Positions 62,427-64,000 of a stretch of DNA of 64,000 bases are shown here, in pieces. The position numbers were made by a program, and so were the translations under genes. The notes under the pieces are model-generated. The model saw only the letters and a program-made list of their open reading frames with translations, was not told the origin of the DNA and ran no database searches. Location: contig OY760907.1 in the NCBI GenBank assembly GCA_963664195.1, positions 672,001 through 736,000 on the forward strand, written 5' to 3'. Numbering within the stretch: position 1 is the stretch's first letter; every line of letters begins with the position of its first letter. The stretch is from an uncultured candidate division Zixibacteria bacterium. GTDB taxonomy: Bacteria > Zixibacteria > MSB-5A5 > GN15 > FEB-12.

Positions 62427-62916
62427 CGGCGAATCCCTACCTCTCCGCTTATTTTGTCTTCCATTACATGCGAGTTTGCAGCTTGCCGTCCGTTCGGTGG
62501 CCAACCCGTGCCTCGGGTGGGGGACAACCGCGTTCTCCCCTATGTGGACCTCCGGTGGCCAACCCGTGCCTCGGGTGGGAGATAGCCGCGTTCTCCCCTT
62601 TGTGGACCTCCGGTGGCCAACCCGTGCCTCGGGTGGGGGACAGCCGCGTTCTCCCCTATGTGGACCTCCGGTGGCCAACCCGTGCCTCGGGTGGGAGATA
62701 ACCGCATTCTCCCTCTTGTGACCACCAGGGTTCCACCTCTGGCGGATTCGTTTCCCGATTGACATTCACCTGCAATTGTGTATTTTGAAGGCGATTATAG
62801 TTCAACCAGATTCACTCGGTGATACGGGAGGGATGTGTGGCAATCAAGCGACCACTAGAAACCCGGGGGGCGATGCGGCTGGCAAAGGGGCAGACGAGGG
62901 CGCCTGCCGCCCACGG
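62427..62916 (+). repeat. Composite repeat module C: 69-bp leader + 4 x 58-bp units + 199-bp tail
   Basis: Leader 62427-62495 identical to that of B; units at 62496, 62554, 62612, 62670; tail 62718-62916. Confidence 0.92.
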
Positions 62917-62949
62917 AATTGCCGCTGTATGCAAGAATCGAGGATAGAT

Positions 62950-63471
62950 ATGGAGCGAGTTTGGAACATGGTTCACTACTTCGTGTGGGTGAGTGTCAAT
63001 AAGGCGGACCGTCTGGCGACGAAAGTACACCCTGTAGCGCTTGGCTTTAGACTTCCGGTCGTCAAGAATTACTTCAGTAGACGCGGGCGGGATATTCTCC
63101 AAGAGGCACAACAGAATTGCGAGAATCCTGATACCGGGATCAATACCATTTGGGCGGGTGGTCTCTTGGCCGGGCTTGTTGGATTGGTGGGCATAGGTTT
63201 GGTGCTTCTGTACATCGCAGAGATCAATCCTCAGTTCCACTTGGGCAAGCTCCATGGTGTGGCAATAGCTGCGACCAGCTATGTCCTGAACTATCTGCTG
63301 TTATGGCGACACGGCAAGTACCTCAATTACTTCAAAGAATGCGACAAGCTGCCAGCCAAGATTAGGCGAAGATGGGCGTGGGCCAGCTTTGGAATCGTTG
63401 TGGGGATGCTGTCCTTCTGTGTTGGCTGTTTTCTATATTGGAACTCTCAGATGCTTTCTCGTGTGCCATGA
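62950..63471 (+). CDS. Hypothetical 3-TM membrane protein, immunity-like (cargo C)
   Basis: GAGGA RBS; three hydrophobic helices; YLNYFKECDK...RRWAW. Confidence 0.65.
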   Translation: MERVWNMVHYFVWVSVNKADRLATKVHPVALGFRLPVVKNYFSRRGRDILQEAQQNCENPDTGINTIWAGGLLAGLVGLVGIGLVLLYIAEINPQFHLGKLHGVAIAATSYVLNYLLLWRHGKYLNYFKECDKLPAKIRRRWAWASFGIVVGMLSFCVGCFLYWNSQMLSRVP

Positions 63472-63504
63472 CTTGCAGCAGCCCGGCCGGTGGCCTAGAG
63501 TTTT

Positions 63505-63532
63505 GTGGGCGGCAGACGGCCTCGTCTGCCCC
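63505..63532 (+). repeat. GTGG-type REP-like hairpin, inverted relative to the module copies
   Basis: GTGGGCGGCAGACG-GCCT-CGTCTGCCCC. Confidence 0.75.
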
Positions 63533-63590
63533 TCGGTCAATCCGGATGAGAATCCTACGCGTGTGCAGTGCCGCGCGTAGGACACAATTC

Positions 63591-64000
63591 CTACAGACCC
63601 TGGATGCCGCCACCACCGTGGTGCGAACATCCGCCGCCGCCGTGACCGTGGCCCTGGCAGGCGCTGGTCGGGTCGGCTTCCTTCAAGGTGCCGGCTTTGA
63701 TCGCGTCGAGAACCTCGGCCATGTTTTCGCTTGCTGCCAGGAAGACCTTGATTCCGTTGTGATTGAGCACCTCGATCGCCCGTCGGCCCATCCCGCGACA
63801 CACCACACAGTCAACCTTGTGGCCCATCAGTGCCGCGACCGGGTTGCAGGCCCCGTGTTCGTGCGCACCCATGCCGTTGTTGATGACGTTGAACTCGTCC
63901 TTTTCAGTATCATAGACTGAGAAGAACGGCGCGGAACCAAAGTGCCCGCACAGGGTGTCCTCACGGCCGTTGTCTCCGTTAGTCGGTATGCAAACCAGCA
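63591..64000 (-). CDS. NifB/NifX family protein (start just outside the window)
   Basis: LVCIPT...CGHFGSAPFF...VDCVVCRGMGRRA; His/Cys/Gly-rich tail. Confidence 0.85.
   Translation of the reverse strand, partial: LVCIPTNGDNGREDTLCGHFGSAPFFSVYDTEKDEFNVINNGMGAHEHGACNPVAALMGHKVDCVVCRGMGRRAIEVLNHNGIKVFLAASENMAEVLDAIKAGTLKEADPTSACQGHGHGGGGCSHHGGGGIQGL

Noticed and set aside
60229..62717. 58-bp repeats as a CRISPR array
   Set aside because: Units are head-to-tail with no unique spacers, and there are no cas genes in the window
58600..63500. Classical integron with attC sites
   Set aside because: No integrase and no convincing RYYYAAC...GTTRRRY sites found by eye; needs IntegronFinder to exclude fully
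55519..64000. NifX-like genes as evidence of nitrogen fixation
   Set aside because: No nifHDK; this domain family is widespread in non-diazotrophic anaerobes

Overview
Bacterial window of fairly high GC. The Cys-flanked dockerin-like C-termini and QNYPNPFNP sorting domains suggest an FCB-group lineage such as Zixibacteria (inference). From left to right: a Pho regulon (phoB-phoR-porin-pstSCAB, with 11-bp-periodic CTAAY boxes); a multiheme cytochrome c lipoprotein; housekeeping and accessory genes; and a slipin/SPFH gene behind a ~500-nt structured leader that opens with a tRNA-like module. Next come a promoter/leader-peptide/terminator attenuator-like unit, secreted Fn3/PKD and dockerin proteins, a ~2,970-aa Cys-rich repeat protein carrying cohesin-like and dockerin domains, and a 10-PAS hybrid kinase. 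A sigma54-controlled Hmc/Tmc-like membrane redox operon follows, with an NrfD-hexaheme cytochrome fusion. At 58-63.5 kb is an array of three composite repeat modules (69-bp leader, absent from the IS-truncated first copy, + 58-bp tandem units + 199-bp tail ending in a GTGG-REP hairpin), each followed by different toxin/immunity-like cargo. The cassette array and the slipin-associated RNA are the best candidates for poorly described systems. All family calls come from motif recognition by eye; no searches were run.
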